Part shown: piece after piece, positions 20,830 to 30,459 of the stretch
How positions within the stretch are numbered: position 1 is the first letter of the stretch
Layout of the letters: the number at the start of each line of letters is the position of its first letter
Source of the DNA: Alphaproteobacteria bacterium
GTDB taxonomy: Bacteria; Pseudomonadota; Alphaproteobacteria; UBA828
Length of the DNA: 64,000 nt
Assembly: GCA_965214705.1 (NCBI GenBank)
Contig: CBDCCI010000001.1
Span: 1 to 64,000, forward strand
Direction of reading: 5' to 3'
The notes under the pieces: generated by a model
What the model was told of the DNA's origin: nothing
What the model saw: the letters and a program-made list of their open reading frames with translations, nothing else
Database searches by the model: none
Translations under genes and position numbers: made by a program

Positions 20830-21061
20830 GGGCAGCGGTCTCGATTCTGATTTCGGCGGCCTCGCCGGCGGCAGTTCTGCAGGCCTGACAGCAAGATCGG
20901 CGGGGGTAGACTCGGGCCGCTGAGAACGATGCGGCGCCGGCCACGTCTGCTTGCTGGCAAGAGCCGACGCCGCACCCCCGGAGCCGTGCCGGGCACGGCC
21001 CGCATGCACAGTATCGTGCGGGATTTTGCGGGGGTCGAGCCCGTTCTCATCGACCGCCGCG

Positions 21062-21508
21062 ATGAAGAACTTCGGCCGCCTGTTCAATTGCGCGCACTGC
21101 GGGCAACAGGTTGTTCTTTGCCCGCGCTGCGACCACGGCAACCTCTACTGCTCACCGGGCTGTAGCGAGACGGCGCGCAGGCGCTCGGTTCGCCGTGCCG
21201 GGCGGCTCTATCAGGACAGCCACCGGGGGCGCCTCAAGCACGCGCGGCGCCAGCAGCGCTATCGAGAACGCCGTCTCGGCCAGGCCCCGGAACATGAGGG
21301 CTGCGGGCAGAAAGTGACGCATCACCCTTCGACGCGCGCGCACCGCCGTGTTGTCGTGACCCAGACGCCGAGGAGGCGTCGCGGAGCACGGCCCTTGGGG
21401 CACGAGCGGCCCGCCGGGGCCTTCCGCTGCGATCGCTGCGGCCGGTTTTGCGCCCGGTTCGTCTATCCGGGCCTGCGCCCGGTCCGGCATCCGGCGCGAG
21501 AGGGGTAG
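21062..21508 (+). CDS. IS21-associated Zn-finger protein
   Basis: CAHC...CPRC...YCSPGC and C-terminal CDRC; directly upstream of istA. Confidence 0.7.
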   Translation: MKNFGRLFNCAHCGQQVVLCPRCDHGNLYCSPGCSETARRRSVRRAGRLYQDSHRGRLKHARRQQRYRERRLGQAPEHEGCGQKVTHHPSTRAHRRVVVTQTPRRRRGARPLGHERPAGAFRCDRCGRFCARFVYPGLRPVRHPAREG

Positions 21509-21510
21509 GG

Positions 21511-22209
21511 ATGGCTATCGACAAGAAGACCCGCGCGGAGATCCTGCGCCTCTATCACGTCGAGAAGTGGAAGATCGGCACGATCGCGCGGCAGCTCGGC
21601 GTGCATCGCTACACCGTCGAGCGGGCGCTCACCGACGCGGGCGAGCCTGGGCGCGCGATCTCGCCGAGGCCGTCGATGATCGATCCCTACGTGCCGTTCA
21701 TCGTCCAGACGCTGACGTCCTGGCCGACGCTGCCGGCCAGCCGTCTCTACCAGATGGTGCGCGAACGCGGCTATCCGGGCGGTTCCGACCACTTCCGTCA
21801 TCTGGTCGCTCCGTTCAGGCCCAAGCCTGTGGCCGAGGCCTATCTGCGCCTGAAGACGCTTCCCGGCGAGCAGGCCCAGGTCGATTGGGGACACTTCGGC
21901 AAGGTGAAGATAGGCCGCGCCGAGCGTCCGCTGATGGGCTTCGTGATGGTTCTCAGCTTCTCGCGGCGCATCTTCCTGCGCTTCTACCTCAACGCTGCGA
22001 TGAGCAACTTCCTGCGCGGCCATATCGACGCCTTCGAGGCGTGGCAGGGGGTGCCTCGCGAGCTCTGGTACGACAATCTGAAGAGCGTCGTGCTGGAGCG
22101 CCGCGGCGACGCGATCCGCTTCAATCCGCAGTTCCTCGACTTCGCCGCCCACTACCGTTTCCTGCCGCAGCCCGTCGCGATCGCGCGCGGCAACGAAAAG
22201 GGCTACGCT
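21511..22209 (+). pseudogene. istA: IS21 transposase IstA, truncated just before the third catalytic residue
   Basis: [16 protein letters not shown], and GNEKG followed by foreign sequence. Confidence 0.88.
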
Positions 22210-22260
22210 TCATATTGCACCTCATTAGTCGGTTGGCACACGATGTTGGGGTTGAGCGCT

Positions 22261-24282
22261 CTATACGCGCTTTCGGCCTTGTTGCTTGGTCGGCGGGTTG
22301 TCGGGCATTTCATAGAGATAGCTGCCCTTGTCGTTGTAGACGTGTCCGCTCAGCAGCCCGATCTCGCGCCACTTCTTGATCGTCGTGGTCGAGACCGCGA
22401 GCCTGGTGGCCATTTCGTCGACGGTCAACAAGCCGCGGGCGCGCAGTCGGTCGTAGCGTGATTTAAGCTTGTAGTCGCCGCGGATTGCCTGCACGCGCAG
22501 CGCTCGAAAGGGGGCGCCATAGCCAGTCCGGCATCCCCGTTCATTGAGGATCGTTGCGATCTCGGCGTCGGTGTGATCGTCGAGTAGCTCGTCGATCTGG
22601 GCAATGACCTCGGGCGGGGTCTTGTAACGCTGCCACGCCGGCGCCTCGGGCTCGATGACGAGCTGGCGGGTGGCTCCGCCTCGAAGGCGCACTCCCAGGC
22701 GGAGATCCTTGCCCTTGACCAGGGTCACGTCCTCGATCAGCAATCGCGCGATCCGCTTGCGCTCGCGGTACGGCGTTGCAGGGTCGTTCCACAAGCGCGG
22801 AAAGTCCGTCGCCAGCGCGAGGACTCGTTGGCGTTGCTGCTCCCCGAGCTCGTGGCTCTGCTCGGCGCGGCGATGATCGAGATCGCGCTGTGCCTCGTCC
22901 AGAGCACGAAGCTTGGCGTTCCATTCCGCCTCCAGCACGTCGGCCACCATGCGGTTCTCGGGATGGGTTTGCATGAAGCGCTGGCGCGCCAGATCAGCCT
23001 CTTCGCGGGCGCGCTGCACCTGCTGGGCACGCCAGGCGTCGACCTCTTCAGCACGCGCGGAAAGTTCGGCGTGTACCTCCAATGCCACTTGCAGCGCGAC
23101 CGGCGTCATCAACTCGACCAGCAGTTCGCCGATTGCCCGGTCGATACCGGCACCGGCGATTTGCTGGCATATCCGGCTCGCCGTATCGATGCCTTCCCGC
23201 TGGCACATGTAGTCCGGCACCTGCCGCCCCCGGCGGGTGTGGTAGCGCACGGTCATGCGGTCGCCGCAAACCCCGCAGAGGGCCAGGCCCTGGAGCAGCG
23301 CCGGCCCTTCGCGTGGAGCGCTGCGCCGGGGCACGCCATAGGCCTGAGCGTTGTCCCGGAGCTGGCGCTGATTGGCCTCGAAGCGCTCCCAGGAGATATA
23401 GCCCGGGTGCGCGTCGGGGAGCAGCACGGTCCATTCCTCGCGCGCGAGCCGCTTCACTTCAACACCGCCACCGGGACGCCGACGGTGGCAGTGGCGCCCG
23501 AACGCGAAGGCGCCGGCGTATCGTGGGTTGTGCAGCACCTCCAGCACCCGATAGAGCTTGAGCGGCTGCCAATGCAGCTCACCCTTGTGCGGTCCGCTGC
23601 GCGGCCGGCGGGGAAAGAGCAGTCCTTCGTCACGGAAGTGCTTCACCGTGGCGCAGGCCGTGCCGGTGCGGGTGAAGGTGTCGAAGAGCAGCCTGAGGCT
23701 GTGTTGAACCTGCGCATCGGGATCGAGAACCACACGATCGAGCGGGTCGTACACCAGCCCCAGTGGCAGCGGCATCTTCAACTCGCCGCGTTTGGCTCGA
23801 TTGAGGATTCCGCCGCGCAGCCGGGCGCGCAGCAAATGGAGCTCCGCCTCCGACATCGTCCCTTTCAGCCCGAGCAGGAGCCTATCGTTGAAGTCGCCGG
23901 GATCGTAGACGCCGTCTTCATCGAGGATCAGCGTCTCGCTCAGGGCGCAGATCTCGACCAGCCGGCACCACTCGGTGGAGTTGCGCGCGAGCCTGGACAC
24001 CTCGAGGCCGAGCACGATCCCGGCCCGACCCATGCCGACCTCGGCAACCAGATGCTTGAAGCCCTCACGGTCTCTGTCGGCGCCGGATAGCCCCTGATCG
24101 CTATCGATCACGACGATGCTCTCGGTCGGCCAGCCCAGAGCGACGGCCCGTTCGCGCAGGGCGTACTGGCGGAGCGTGCTCTCGCCATTCTCGTACACCT
24201 GGCGCGGGGTGGACTGACGCACGTACAGATAGGCATGGCGGCTCAGGTGGCTCGTGCTCACCTTCTGATGGGCAGTACTCAT
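22261..24282 (-). CDS. Large serine recombinase (resolvase + recombinase + Zn ribbon + HTH)
   Basis: [34 protein letters not shown]; the usual EVQYEA tail lies in another frame (probable late frameshift). Confidence 0.92.
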   Translation of the reverse strand: MSTAHQKVSTSHLSRHAYLYVRQSTPRQVYENGESTLRQYALRERAVALGWPTESIVVIDSDQGLSGADRDREGFKHLVAEVGMGRAGIVLGLEVSRLARNSTEWCRLVEICALSETLILDEDGVYDPGDFNDRLLLGLKGTMSEAELHLLRARLRGGILNRAKRGELKMPLPLGLVYDPLDRVVLDPDAQVQHSLRLLFDTFTRTGTACATVKHFRDEGLLFPRRPRSGPHKGELHWQPLKLYRVLEVLHNPRYAGAFAFGRHCHRRRPGGGVEVKRLAREEWTVLLPDAHPGYISWERFEANQRQLRDNAQAYGVPRRSAPREGPALLQGLALCGVCGDRMTVRYHTRRGRQVPDYMCQREGIDTASRICQQIAGAGIDRAIGELLVELMTPVALQVALEVHAELSARAEEVDAWRAQQVQRAREEADLARQRFMQTHPENRMVADVLEAEWNAKLRALDEAQRDLDHRRAEQSHELGEQQRQRVLALATDFPRLWNDPATPYRERKRIARLLIEDVTLVKGKDLRLGVRLRGGATRQLVIEPEAPAWQRYKTPPEVIAQIDELLDDHTDAEIATILNERGCRTGYGAPFRALRVQAIRGDYKLKSRYDRLRARGLLTVDEMATRLAVSTTTIKKWREIGLLSGHVYNDKGSYLYEMPDNPPTKQQGRKRV

Positions 24283-24572
24283 GCCAACTCCCCTTCCATG
24301 TGGACTTTGACCATCGCGAGAAGAATGTCGATCACCGGCCTCTCGACCCTGGCGGGCAGTGCCTTGGGCGACGCGCCCGCGCACACGCCGGCAGGCGCGG
24401 CGGGCAGCTCGGCGGACACGAACAGCCAGGCGGCGATGCCGCGCCGTACCATCACGGCGAGCCCCTGTCGGTCGAGCGGCGTGCCGGGCTCGAGCGCGTG
24501 GCGGCGCATCTGCTCGTAGCCCTGCGCATACGCCGAATGCGTCAACGGAAGCGCCAGCGGTGTCGGCGTCAT
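24279..24572 (-). CDS. Small hypothetical protein of the recombinase element
   Basis: ATGA overlaps on both sides; YEQMRRHAL...GLAVMVRRGIAAW. Confidence 0.7.
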   Translation of the reverse strand: MTPTPLALPLTHSAYAQGYEQMRRHALEPGTPLDRQGLAVMVRRGIAAWLFVSAELPAAPAGVCAGASPKALPARVERPVIDILLAMVKVHMEGELA

Positions 24573-25030
24573 GCGCGTTTTTTTCCCCGCGCGAGCGCGC
24601 GTTCGATGCTGCGGCGATGGACCCGCAGGCCGAAGCGCTCGCGCACGAGGTCGACCAGCTCGCGGGTGCTGAGTTCCGGCTGTTCGCTCTTTGCCGCGCG
24701 CAACGCCTCGACCACTTCGTCGCTGAGCTTGTGGGCTCGCCGGGGGCCGCGCCGGTGCGGCAACAGCGCCGGCAGGCCGCCTGCCTCGAAGGCGAGCTGT
24801 GCCTGGTACCAGGTGGGCCGCGAGACGCCGAAGCTCGCAGCGGCACGGCTGATGGGCACGCCGTCTTCGCGCACACGGCGCAGCATCTCGTACTTGACCT
24901 GGAGCAGGTCGCGCGGATCGAAGAATGCGTTGGACAGGAACAGCTCGTCGCGAACCGCGTCGGGACGCGGGTTCAGACAGCCATGCTGCTTGAGGGCATC
25001 GGTCTTTGCATCGGCTGAACGTCTGGCCAT
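24569..25030 (-). CDS. HTH protein of the recombinase element
   Basis: FFDPRDLLQVKYEMLR...AAASFGVSRPTWY...GLPALLPHRRGP. Confidence 0.8.
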   Translation of the reverse strand: MARRSADAKTDALKQHGCLNPRPDAVRDELFLSNAFFDPRDLLQVKYEMLRRVREDGVPISRAAASFGVSRPTWYQAQLAFEAGGLPALLPHRRGPRRAHKLSDEVVEALRAAKSEQPELSTRELVDLVRERFGLRVHRRSIERALARGKKRA

Positions 25031-25211
25031 GGGGTGGCCTCCATCTGCAACGAATGTAAGGAATATTATGCCGCAATCATATGCGGTGTCAAGCTGGTCC
25101 TGCCTCAGTTCTTCTCGTGATCTGAAGAATCTGTATGAACAACGCCCGATATAGACAAGACAGTTTGCCGGAAAGGGGAAGGGCGCTCCAACGCATTGGG
25201 CAAAATATATC

Positions 25212-25565
25212 TTACACATGCGGCGTAATACTCTTTACAGTGCCGCTGCCACCGCCAGCGCTACTCCCAAACAAACCATCCTCGTGCAGGCCATCCAACA
25301 GTGCAGCCAGAGCCAGCAGATCCGGAAGCCGAAAGGCCGAGCGACCAGACGCGACGATGACGAAGGGATCCTTGGCCCCAGCACTGGTCCACGCCGCTGT
25401 GAGGGAACGCACCACCCCGTCCCCGTCGACGTAATCCACCCGTTCTATCCCCCGGCACACCCGGCTCTGAAGAAGCTCGAACTCCCGTCCGTGGAGGGGA
25501 TGAAACGGGTGCGTCACCCGAAAGGTTCGACCCTCATGCTGTGGATCGAGTGCAGTTGAATGCTT
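25212..25565 (-). CDS. DUF5372 (Y4bD/Y4pK-like) protein with no ATG start inside the integrated element
   Basis: VTHPFHPLHGREF...WT...DPFV...GRSAFRLPDLLAL. Confidence 0.7.
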   Translation of the reverse strand, partial: KHSTALDPQHEGRTFRVTHPFHPLHGREFELLQSRVCRGIERVDYVDGDGVVRSLTAAWTSAGAKDPFVIVASGRSAFRLPDLLALAALLDGLHEDGLFGSSAGGGSGTVKSITPHV

Positions 25566-26839
25566 GGTCCAAGGAGAACCCCAACCAGCGATTCCATGCG
25601 CTAATCGACAAGGTGTGGAGGGCGGATTTCTTGATGGAAGCCTGGGCACAAGTGCGCCGTAATGGCGGCTCTGCCGGGGTAGACGGAGAGACCGTCAAGA
25701 GCGTCGAGTCGTATGGCGTAGACCGCTGGCTCGGGGAACTGGCGAGGGATCTGCAGGACGGGACCTACAAGCCAAGTGCGGTGAGACAGGTTCTAATCCC
25801 GAAGAAACAGCCTGGTAAGTTCCGGCCGTTGGGCATCCCTTGTATCAGGGACCGGGTGGCCCAGACGTCAGCCATGCTTGTGCTGACGCCAATCTTTGAG
25901 GCCGATCTACAACCCGAGCAGTACGCCTACAGACCGGAACGGAGCGCACATGACGCAGTAAGAAGTGTGCATCGCCTCCTGAATAGGGGACACAACGAAG
26001 TTGTGGATTGCGATTTGTCCAACTACTTCGGCGAGATTCCCCATGCCGAGCTAATGAAGAGCCTTGCCCGGCGCATCAGCGACGGGCGGATGTTAGCGCT
26101 CATCAAGGCGTGGTTGGAAATGCCTGTCGAAGAGGACGACGGTAAGGGCGGAAAACGCCGCACGAATCGGGCACGGAAGGAGCGGAAAGGGACCCCTCAG
26201 GGCTCTCCGATCTCGCCCCTGTTGAGTAACGTTTACATGCGGCGCTTCGTACTGGGCTGGAAAACGCTGGGCCACGCCCAGCGCTTCTGCGCGGAAATCG
26301 TGGTCTATGCGGACGACCTATGTGTGCTCGGCAAGGCACCGGCGGCGGAAATGCTGACGGTGACCGAACAGCTCATGGACGGTCTGAAGCTGACGGTCAA
26401 CACGCAGAAAACCCGATGCTTGCGGTGCCCGGAGGAGTCGTTCGAGTTTCTGGGCTACCGCATCGGACGCAGCTATCGACCCCACGGAAAGGGGGCTTAC
26501 ATCGGCACCCGGCCCAGCAAGGCGAGCGTCCAAAGCATATGCCGCAAGATCAGCGAGATGACAGCGCGACGGCATGGCGGGAAGTCGATGGAAGAAATGG
26601 TGGAGGGCCTGAACCGCACCTTGAGCGGGTGGGCCAACTACTTCAGCCTCGGCCAAGTCAGCCCGGCCTACGACGCGGTCAATCGCCACACGGGAAAGCG
26701 GCTACGCCAGTGGCTCGGTCGAAAGCACCAGACGCGGGTAGGGAGATACGTGCGATACTCCGAGGAAAGGCTGAGCGTTGACTACGGCCTCCTGCGCCTC
26801 ACGCGACAAACCGTGCCCATTCCGAGCGCGAAGGCATGA
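25562..26839 (+). CDS. ltrA: Group II intron reverse transcriptase/maturase without endonuclease domain; extreme N-terminus lost
   Basis: RPLGIPCIRDRVAQ, GTPQGSPISPLLSN, YADD, FLGY, GWANYF. Confidence 0.9.
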   Translation, partial: AWSKENPNQRFHALIDKVWRADFLMEAWAQVRRNGGSAGVDGETVKSVESYGVDRWLGELARDLQDGTYKPSAVRQVLIPKKQPGKFRPLGIPCIRDRVAQTSAMLVLTPIFEADLQPEQYAYRPERSAHDAVRSVHRLLNRGHNEVVDCDLSNYFGEIPHAELMKSLARRISDGRMLALIKAWLEMPVEEDDGKGGKRRTNRARKERKGTPQGSPISPLLSNVYMRRFVLGWKTLGHAQRFCAEIVVYADDLCVLGKAPAAEMLTVTEQLMDGLKLTVNTQKTRCLRCPEESFEFLGYRIGRSYRPHGKGAYIGTRPSKASVQSICRKISEMTARRHGGKSMEEMVEGLNRTLSGWANYFSLGQVSPAYDAVNRHTGKRLRQWLGRKHQTRVGRYVRYSEERLSVDYGLLRLTRQTVPIPSAKA

Positions 26840-26846
26840 TCTCGTC

Positions 26847-26993
26847 CGAAAGCCGGATGCGGGAAAACCGCACGTCCGGTTTGATGAGCGGGGACTGGAA
26901 ACGCGGCCATGGGAGCCGGACTGAGGCCCGGAGCGAAAGCGACGGATATCGCCACCGGACCCTACACGCTGGCGCGCCAGTCCTCGACTCTAC
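26847..26993 (+). ncRNA. Group II intron domains V-VI and 3' end (class E-like)
   Basis: GAAAGCCGGATGCGGGAAAACCGCACGTCCGGTTTGATGAGCGG...CTCGACTCTAC. Confidence 0.85.
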
Positions 26994-27096
26994 CGATGCT
27001 CAAGTTGGCGACGCGGCCGCCGGAGGCGAGGCTGTTGATGGTGACGTCCGCACCCAGGCGGCCAATGACTTCTGCGCGGTTCAGTCCGAAACTCAT
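26994..27096 (-). pseudogene. ssb: N-terminus of ssb interrupted by the antisense intron
   Basis: AAGGAG RBS, then MSFGLNRAEVIGRLGADVTINSLASGGRVANLSI ending at the intron 3' boundary. Confidence 0.8.
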
Positions 27097-27422
27097 CTTC
27101 GTGCTCCTTCACGTGCGAGTTCTGACGATGGGTGTCGAACGGATCGATCACTCTCTTGACCTCCTCCGTTCACCCTCCTCCAGGTCCCTCTCCAACTCCC
27201 GGCCGCGGCCTGCCCCGACGCCTGCCGGGTTCTCGAGGACATCGCAGCCCTCACTTCCTGCCACCCCGATGGTGGCGCTACGCACGGCGCCAGGAGGATC
27301 GGGAGAGCGGGATGCGGCCCTGCTTGAGGGGTGCGGCGGCTCGGTGCCGCGTCGGCGGGAGCGCCAGGGGCGGGACGACCTGCAGGGTCGGGAGGCGTAA
27401 AGCTCGGGTTAGCCGGCGGACC

Positions 27423-27500
27423 TCACAGATCGAACATCGTCGCCATCGCCGAGGGGCCGTCGGGCGCAAACGGGTTGAGGAACTTCACCACGGCCGGACG
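27423..27500 (-). pseudogene. Possible C-terminal remnant of a PIN toxin
   Basis: VVKFLNPFAPDG resembles the VapC C-terminal V.NPF motif. Confidence 0.4.
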
Positions 27501-27557
27501 GCACCCGATGCCGAGCAATGCCGGCTGCGACCGGCGGCAGTCGAAAGTGAGGCCGGC

Positions 27558-27884
27558 TCAACCGGGAACGCGATAGATGCGTCTCTGTAGGCCTCCCGAC
27601 AGTACGTTTACCACCGCCGGAACCAGGGGCTGCAATTCCGCAAGACGATTCCGCGCGGCCAGCACGATGACGACGGGGATCGGGAGCGCTTCGAGGTTCT
27701 GCTGATGCTCGATGCCGCGATCGACGGTGATCATCGCATCGAAGCGCTCGCGCGCGGCCAATGACAGCAACACGCCGTTTCCGGTGCCGGACCAGCCCAT
27801 CTCCTGGACCGTGCGCAGCGTGAATGATGCGGGGAAGGACGCGGCGAGCCGCTTCGGCACCGATTCGTCAAGCAGCAGCTTCAT
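27558..27884 (-). CDS. DUF5615/PIN-like toxin
   Basis: MKLLLDESVP...TVQEMGWSG...ITVDRG...QQNL. Confidence 0.85.
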   Translation of the reverse strand: MKLLLDESVPKRLAASFPASFTLRTVQEMGWSGTGNGVLLSLAARERFDAMITVDRGIEHQQNLEALPIPVVIVLAARNRLAELQPLVPAVVNVLSGGLQRRIYRVPG

Positions 27885-28092
27885 CGCCGCCCGTCACCAG
27901 CATCGTCGTCGCGCGATCGAGCAGCGCGACGGCCTGGCGCCGCGACACCGTCGGGTAGTCCGCCAGGAAATCATCCAGCCGGTCGCCGGCTTCGAGGTGT
28001 TCCATCAGGATGCGTACGGGAACCCTGGTGCCCGCGAACACGGGTGTCCCGCCGAGGATATCGGGGTTCCGGTCGATCAGCTTGTCGGTCAT
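27868..28092 (-). CDS. DUF433 antitoxin
   Basis: PDILGGTPVFAGTRVPV...FLADYPTV. Confidence 0.9.
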   Translation of the reverse strand: MTDKLIDRNPDILGGTPVFAGTRVPVRILMEHLEAGDRLDDFLADYPTVSRRQAVALLDRATTMLVTGGDEAAA

Positions 28093-28104
28093 CCTGTCCT
28101 CCCG

Positions 28105-28182
28105 TGTCGTTGGCTTCGCTTCACCGCCATCCCGGCCGACCGCATGGATCGGAATGTCGGTGTCGAGGGAGAAGCCGATCTA
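28105..28182 (-). pseudogene. Degenerate PIN (VapC) N-terminus
   Basis: FSLDTDIPIHAVGRDGG matches the LDTNILVYA-type pattern, right after the Phd gene. Confidence 0.5.
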
Positions 28183-28425
28183 TCGGTCATGGAGCGCGAC
28201 GCGCTCGACCCCGAGACCGCCCAGGGACGCTCCCTGCTTCAGCCGCGCCATCATGCGCCGGTGGGCCGCCTCCCACCTGGGGTCGTCGGCCTTGTCGGCG
28301 CCGTGGGGAACGAGCCTGGCCACGGGCCGGCCGTGGCGGGTGATCAGGAAGCTCTGGCCGCGCTCGACCTCGCGGACGAGCTTCGAGAAGTCCGCGTTGA
28401 CGGCCATCAGGGAGACGGTGCGCAT
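28180..28425 (-). CDS. Phd/YefM-family antitoxin
   Basis: FSKLVREVERGQSFLITRHGRPVARLVP. Confidence 0.85.
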   Translation of the reverse strand: MRTVSLMAVNADFSKLVREVERGQSFLITRHGRPVARLVPHGADKADDPRWEAAHRRMMARLKQGASLGGLGVERVALHDR

Positions 28426-28557
28426 GGGTCTGACCCTCAGGATCGCATGCAGCAAGTATATCGCCGAATTGCCCGGCCCGGCGTCAAGGCCGTTGGCCGG
28501 CATGAATTCTTCCTCGGTCGGGATGCCCTCGGCACCTTCGGTGCGGGGAAGGCTGGT

Positions 28558-29409
28558 TCAGGTTGTCCCGATCCGGCGCTCCCACCCGCAATTCCTTGCG
28601 GGGAGCCGCGGGCACTCCGCGCCGATCGCCATCAGCGGGACATTGGCGCGTATCTCCACCTGGTCGGGGCGGAGCTTGGCGAAGACGAGGCAGGCGGCGA
28701 CCTCGGCTTCGGTCTCGACGCTCTCGATGACGTCGCCGGTGTCGAGCCTGATCACGGTGTACTCCGGGAACGGCACGGGCAGATGGTGAGAGTCGAGTGC
28801 GCGCGAGTTGGATCTCCGGGCGCAGTCCGGGCAACGCGCAGGGCCGGAAACGGGGATCGAGCAATCCACACAGATCCCCTGCACCTTGCGTCTGGCGTAG
28901 CGTTTCCTGCTGGCCGCTTTCCTGCGTTCGGGCGACGTGCGCCCCGCCTCGAGCACGGTGCACCGGCCGCAGCGGGACGGGCCGTTGAACGCCGCTCGCC
29001 CGCATCGCACGCATCGCCCGGCAGCACGGCGGGAGGCGTATCGTTCGCGCTCGATCGCGCGCTGCTCCTCGCGGCACGGCTCGCAGATGGAGCGGCCGTC
29101 GGCGGGCCGGCGGCTTCCGCAGACCGTGCAGAGGCCCGCGTCCCGCCGCGCCCTCCGCCGCTGCTTGTCCGCAGCGCGGGCGGCGCGTCGGCAGCGTTCC
29201 GGATCCCGGCCAGCGTAGATCAAGCCCTTCGCCCGGGCCCTGGCGCGGCGGGCCTTCTCGGCGGCGCGCCGCTTCTCGCCGCAGCGCCGGCACAGCTTGA
29301 GGCCGGGCTCCGGCGGGAACGTTCCGCACCGGGTGCAGATGCCGCGGGCGACCCGGTCGGCATGGCGCCGACGCTGGCGCTCTTGTGCGGACTCGTCGCG
29401 GCTGGGCAT
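28558..29409 (-). CDS. Cys/Arg-rich multi-Zn-ribbon protein
   Basis: Eight CxxC pairs separated by Arg-rich segments; paralog at 1-621. Confidence 0.75.
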   Translation of the reverse strand: MPSRDESAQERQRRRHADRVARGICTRCGTFPPEPGLKLCRRCGEKRRAAEKARRARARAKGLIYAGRDPERCRRAARAADKQRRRARRDAGLCTVCGSRRPADGRSICEPCREEQRAIERERYASRRAAGRCVRCGRAAFNGPSRCGRCTVLEAGRTSPERRKAASRKRYARRKVQGICVDCSIPVSGPARCPDCARRSNSRALDSHHLPVPFPEYTVIRLDTGDVIESVETEAEVAACLVFAKLRPDQVEIRANVPLMAIGAECPRLPARNCGWERRIGTT

Positions 29410-29484
29410 GGCATCCTCGAAGACGTGGGTGTAGACGAAGGCCGGGTGAGCGGCCGGCGGCGCCGCCCCCGGCCGGGTCGCCGG

Positions 29485-29805
29485 TCAGCAGCGCCACTTG
29501 CCGCGCAGCGCGATGCCGGCGGCGGAGTCTCCGAAGAGCTGCATTCCCGCGTCGCGGTCGACACTGGTGGCGACGATGATCTCGTTGGGCACCGGTCGCA
29601 AACGCCGGACGGCCCTGCCCGAAAGAGTCGTGCGCCGTTCGCGCCGCCCCGCGCCCTCCTTGCCGGCACCGAGCGGGCGGATCTCGCCCGAGGCCGCCGT
29701 CTCGTATCTCTCGACCACGTAGCGGCCCTGCTCCTGGAGGCCACCGCCGAAGAAGTGCACCAAGTAGGTGCTGGCAGCGCGTTGGATCGTTCTCGCCGTG
29801 CTCAT
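29485..29805 (-). CDS. Hypothetical 106-aa protein; paralog of 691-1011
   Basis: GGAGA RBS; mostly synonymous divergence from the first copy. Confidence 0.75.
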   Translation of the reverse strand: MSTARTIQRAASTYLVHFFGGGLQEQGRYVVERYETAASGEIRPLGAGKEGAGRRERRTTLSGRAVRRLRPVPNEIIVATSVDRDAGMQLFGDSAAGIALRGKWRC

Positions 29806-30007
29806 CGTTTTCTCTCCCCGGTTCCTGGTCGCGAGCGGTAGGCGCATCCTCGCGCCAGGCCGCCCGGCCCGCCGCCCCCGGTCACGGCCGGGCTCTCCCT
29901 CCAGGCGGCGTGCGGACCCCATGGCGGCGAAAGGCGCGGGGCTCAACGTAAGAACGCCGCCTCTCTTGAGGCGGCGTTCTCGGCAAAGATCGGAAATGCG
30001 CGACGCG

Positions 30008-30232
30008 TCAGCAGGCACAAGGGTTGCAGGGATCGGCGCAACACGGATTGCACGCAGCACACGGGTTGCAGGGATCCGCTGCACACGGGTTGCATGCCGC
30101 GCACGGGTTGCACGGATCATGCGAGTCCGCGACGACGATCCGCCCGTCATCGGCAGATACGGCCGACGGCGCAAGAGCGGCACCGGCCGCCATGGTGACG
30201 ATACTCACGGCGACCACAGTTTCCTTGATCAT
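30008..30232 (-). CDS. Secreted Cys-rich CNPC-repeat peptide (74 aa)
   Basis: GAGGAGG upstream; signal-like N-terminus; five CNPC motifs, 12 Cys. Confidence 0.65.
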   Translation of the reverse strand: MIKETVVAVSIVTMAAGAALAPSAVSADDGRIVVADSHDPCNPCAACNPCAADPCNPCAACNPCCADPCNPCAC

Positions 30233-30459
30233 CTTCGGTACGTCCTCCTCGCAGGCGCGTTGCCGGTTTCCTGGGATCGTGGCCTCGCGCCACCTCTTCT
30301 GGCAGCCGCGCCGCGCGAAACCCATGTCATTGTGGCTGAACGTCGGCGGTGCGCGAAAGCGGTTTCGCCCCCTTGACGGTATTGTGAACGCGCGGGACGG
30401 CGGATGACCGGCACGGGCAGCGGAGAGAGACGGCTGGAGCGCCGGTAGAGGGGCTGCTC

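Larger units (their letters stand above)
20658..22206 (+). mobile_element. IS21-family element, 3'-truncated (no istB, no right end)
   Basis: Starts with TGT at the AddB breakpoint; carries a Zn-finger ORF and the istA N-terminus. Confidence 0.8.
22207..25565 (-). mobile_element. Four-gene large-serine-recombinase element (DUF5372, HTH, small ORF, recombinase) bounded by GCTT direct repeats
   Basis: Ends GCTTcatattgcac...gtgcagttgaatGCTT; joined ends are symmetric about a GC dinucleotide. Confidence 0.75.

Noticed and set aside
25562-26839. RT as a retron, DGR or defence RT
   Set aside because: It has a maturase domain and is followed directly by group II intron domains V-VI
30010-30120. 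Short repeats GGGTTGCA as a possible CRISPR array
   Set aside because: They are codon-level repeats of the CNPC peptide; no unique spacers and no cas genes
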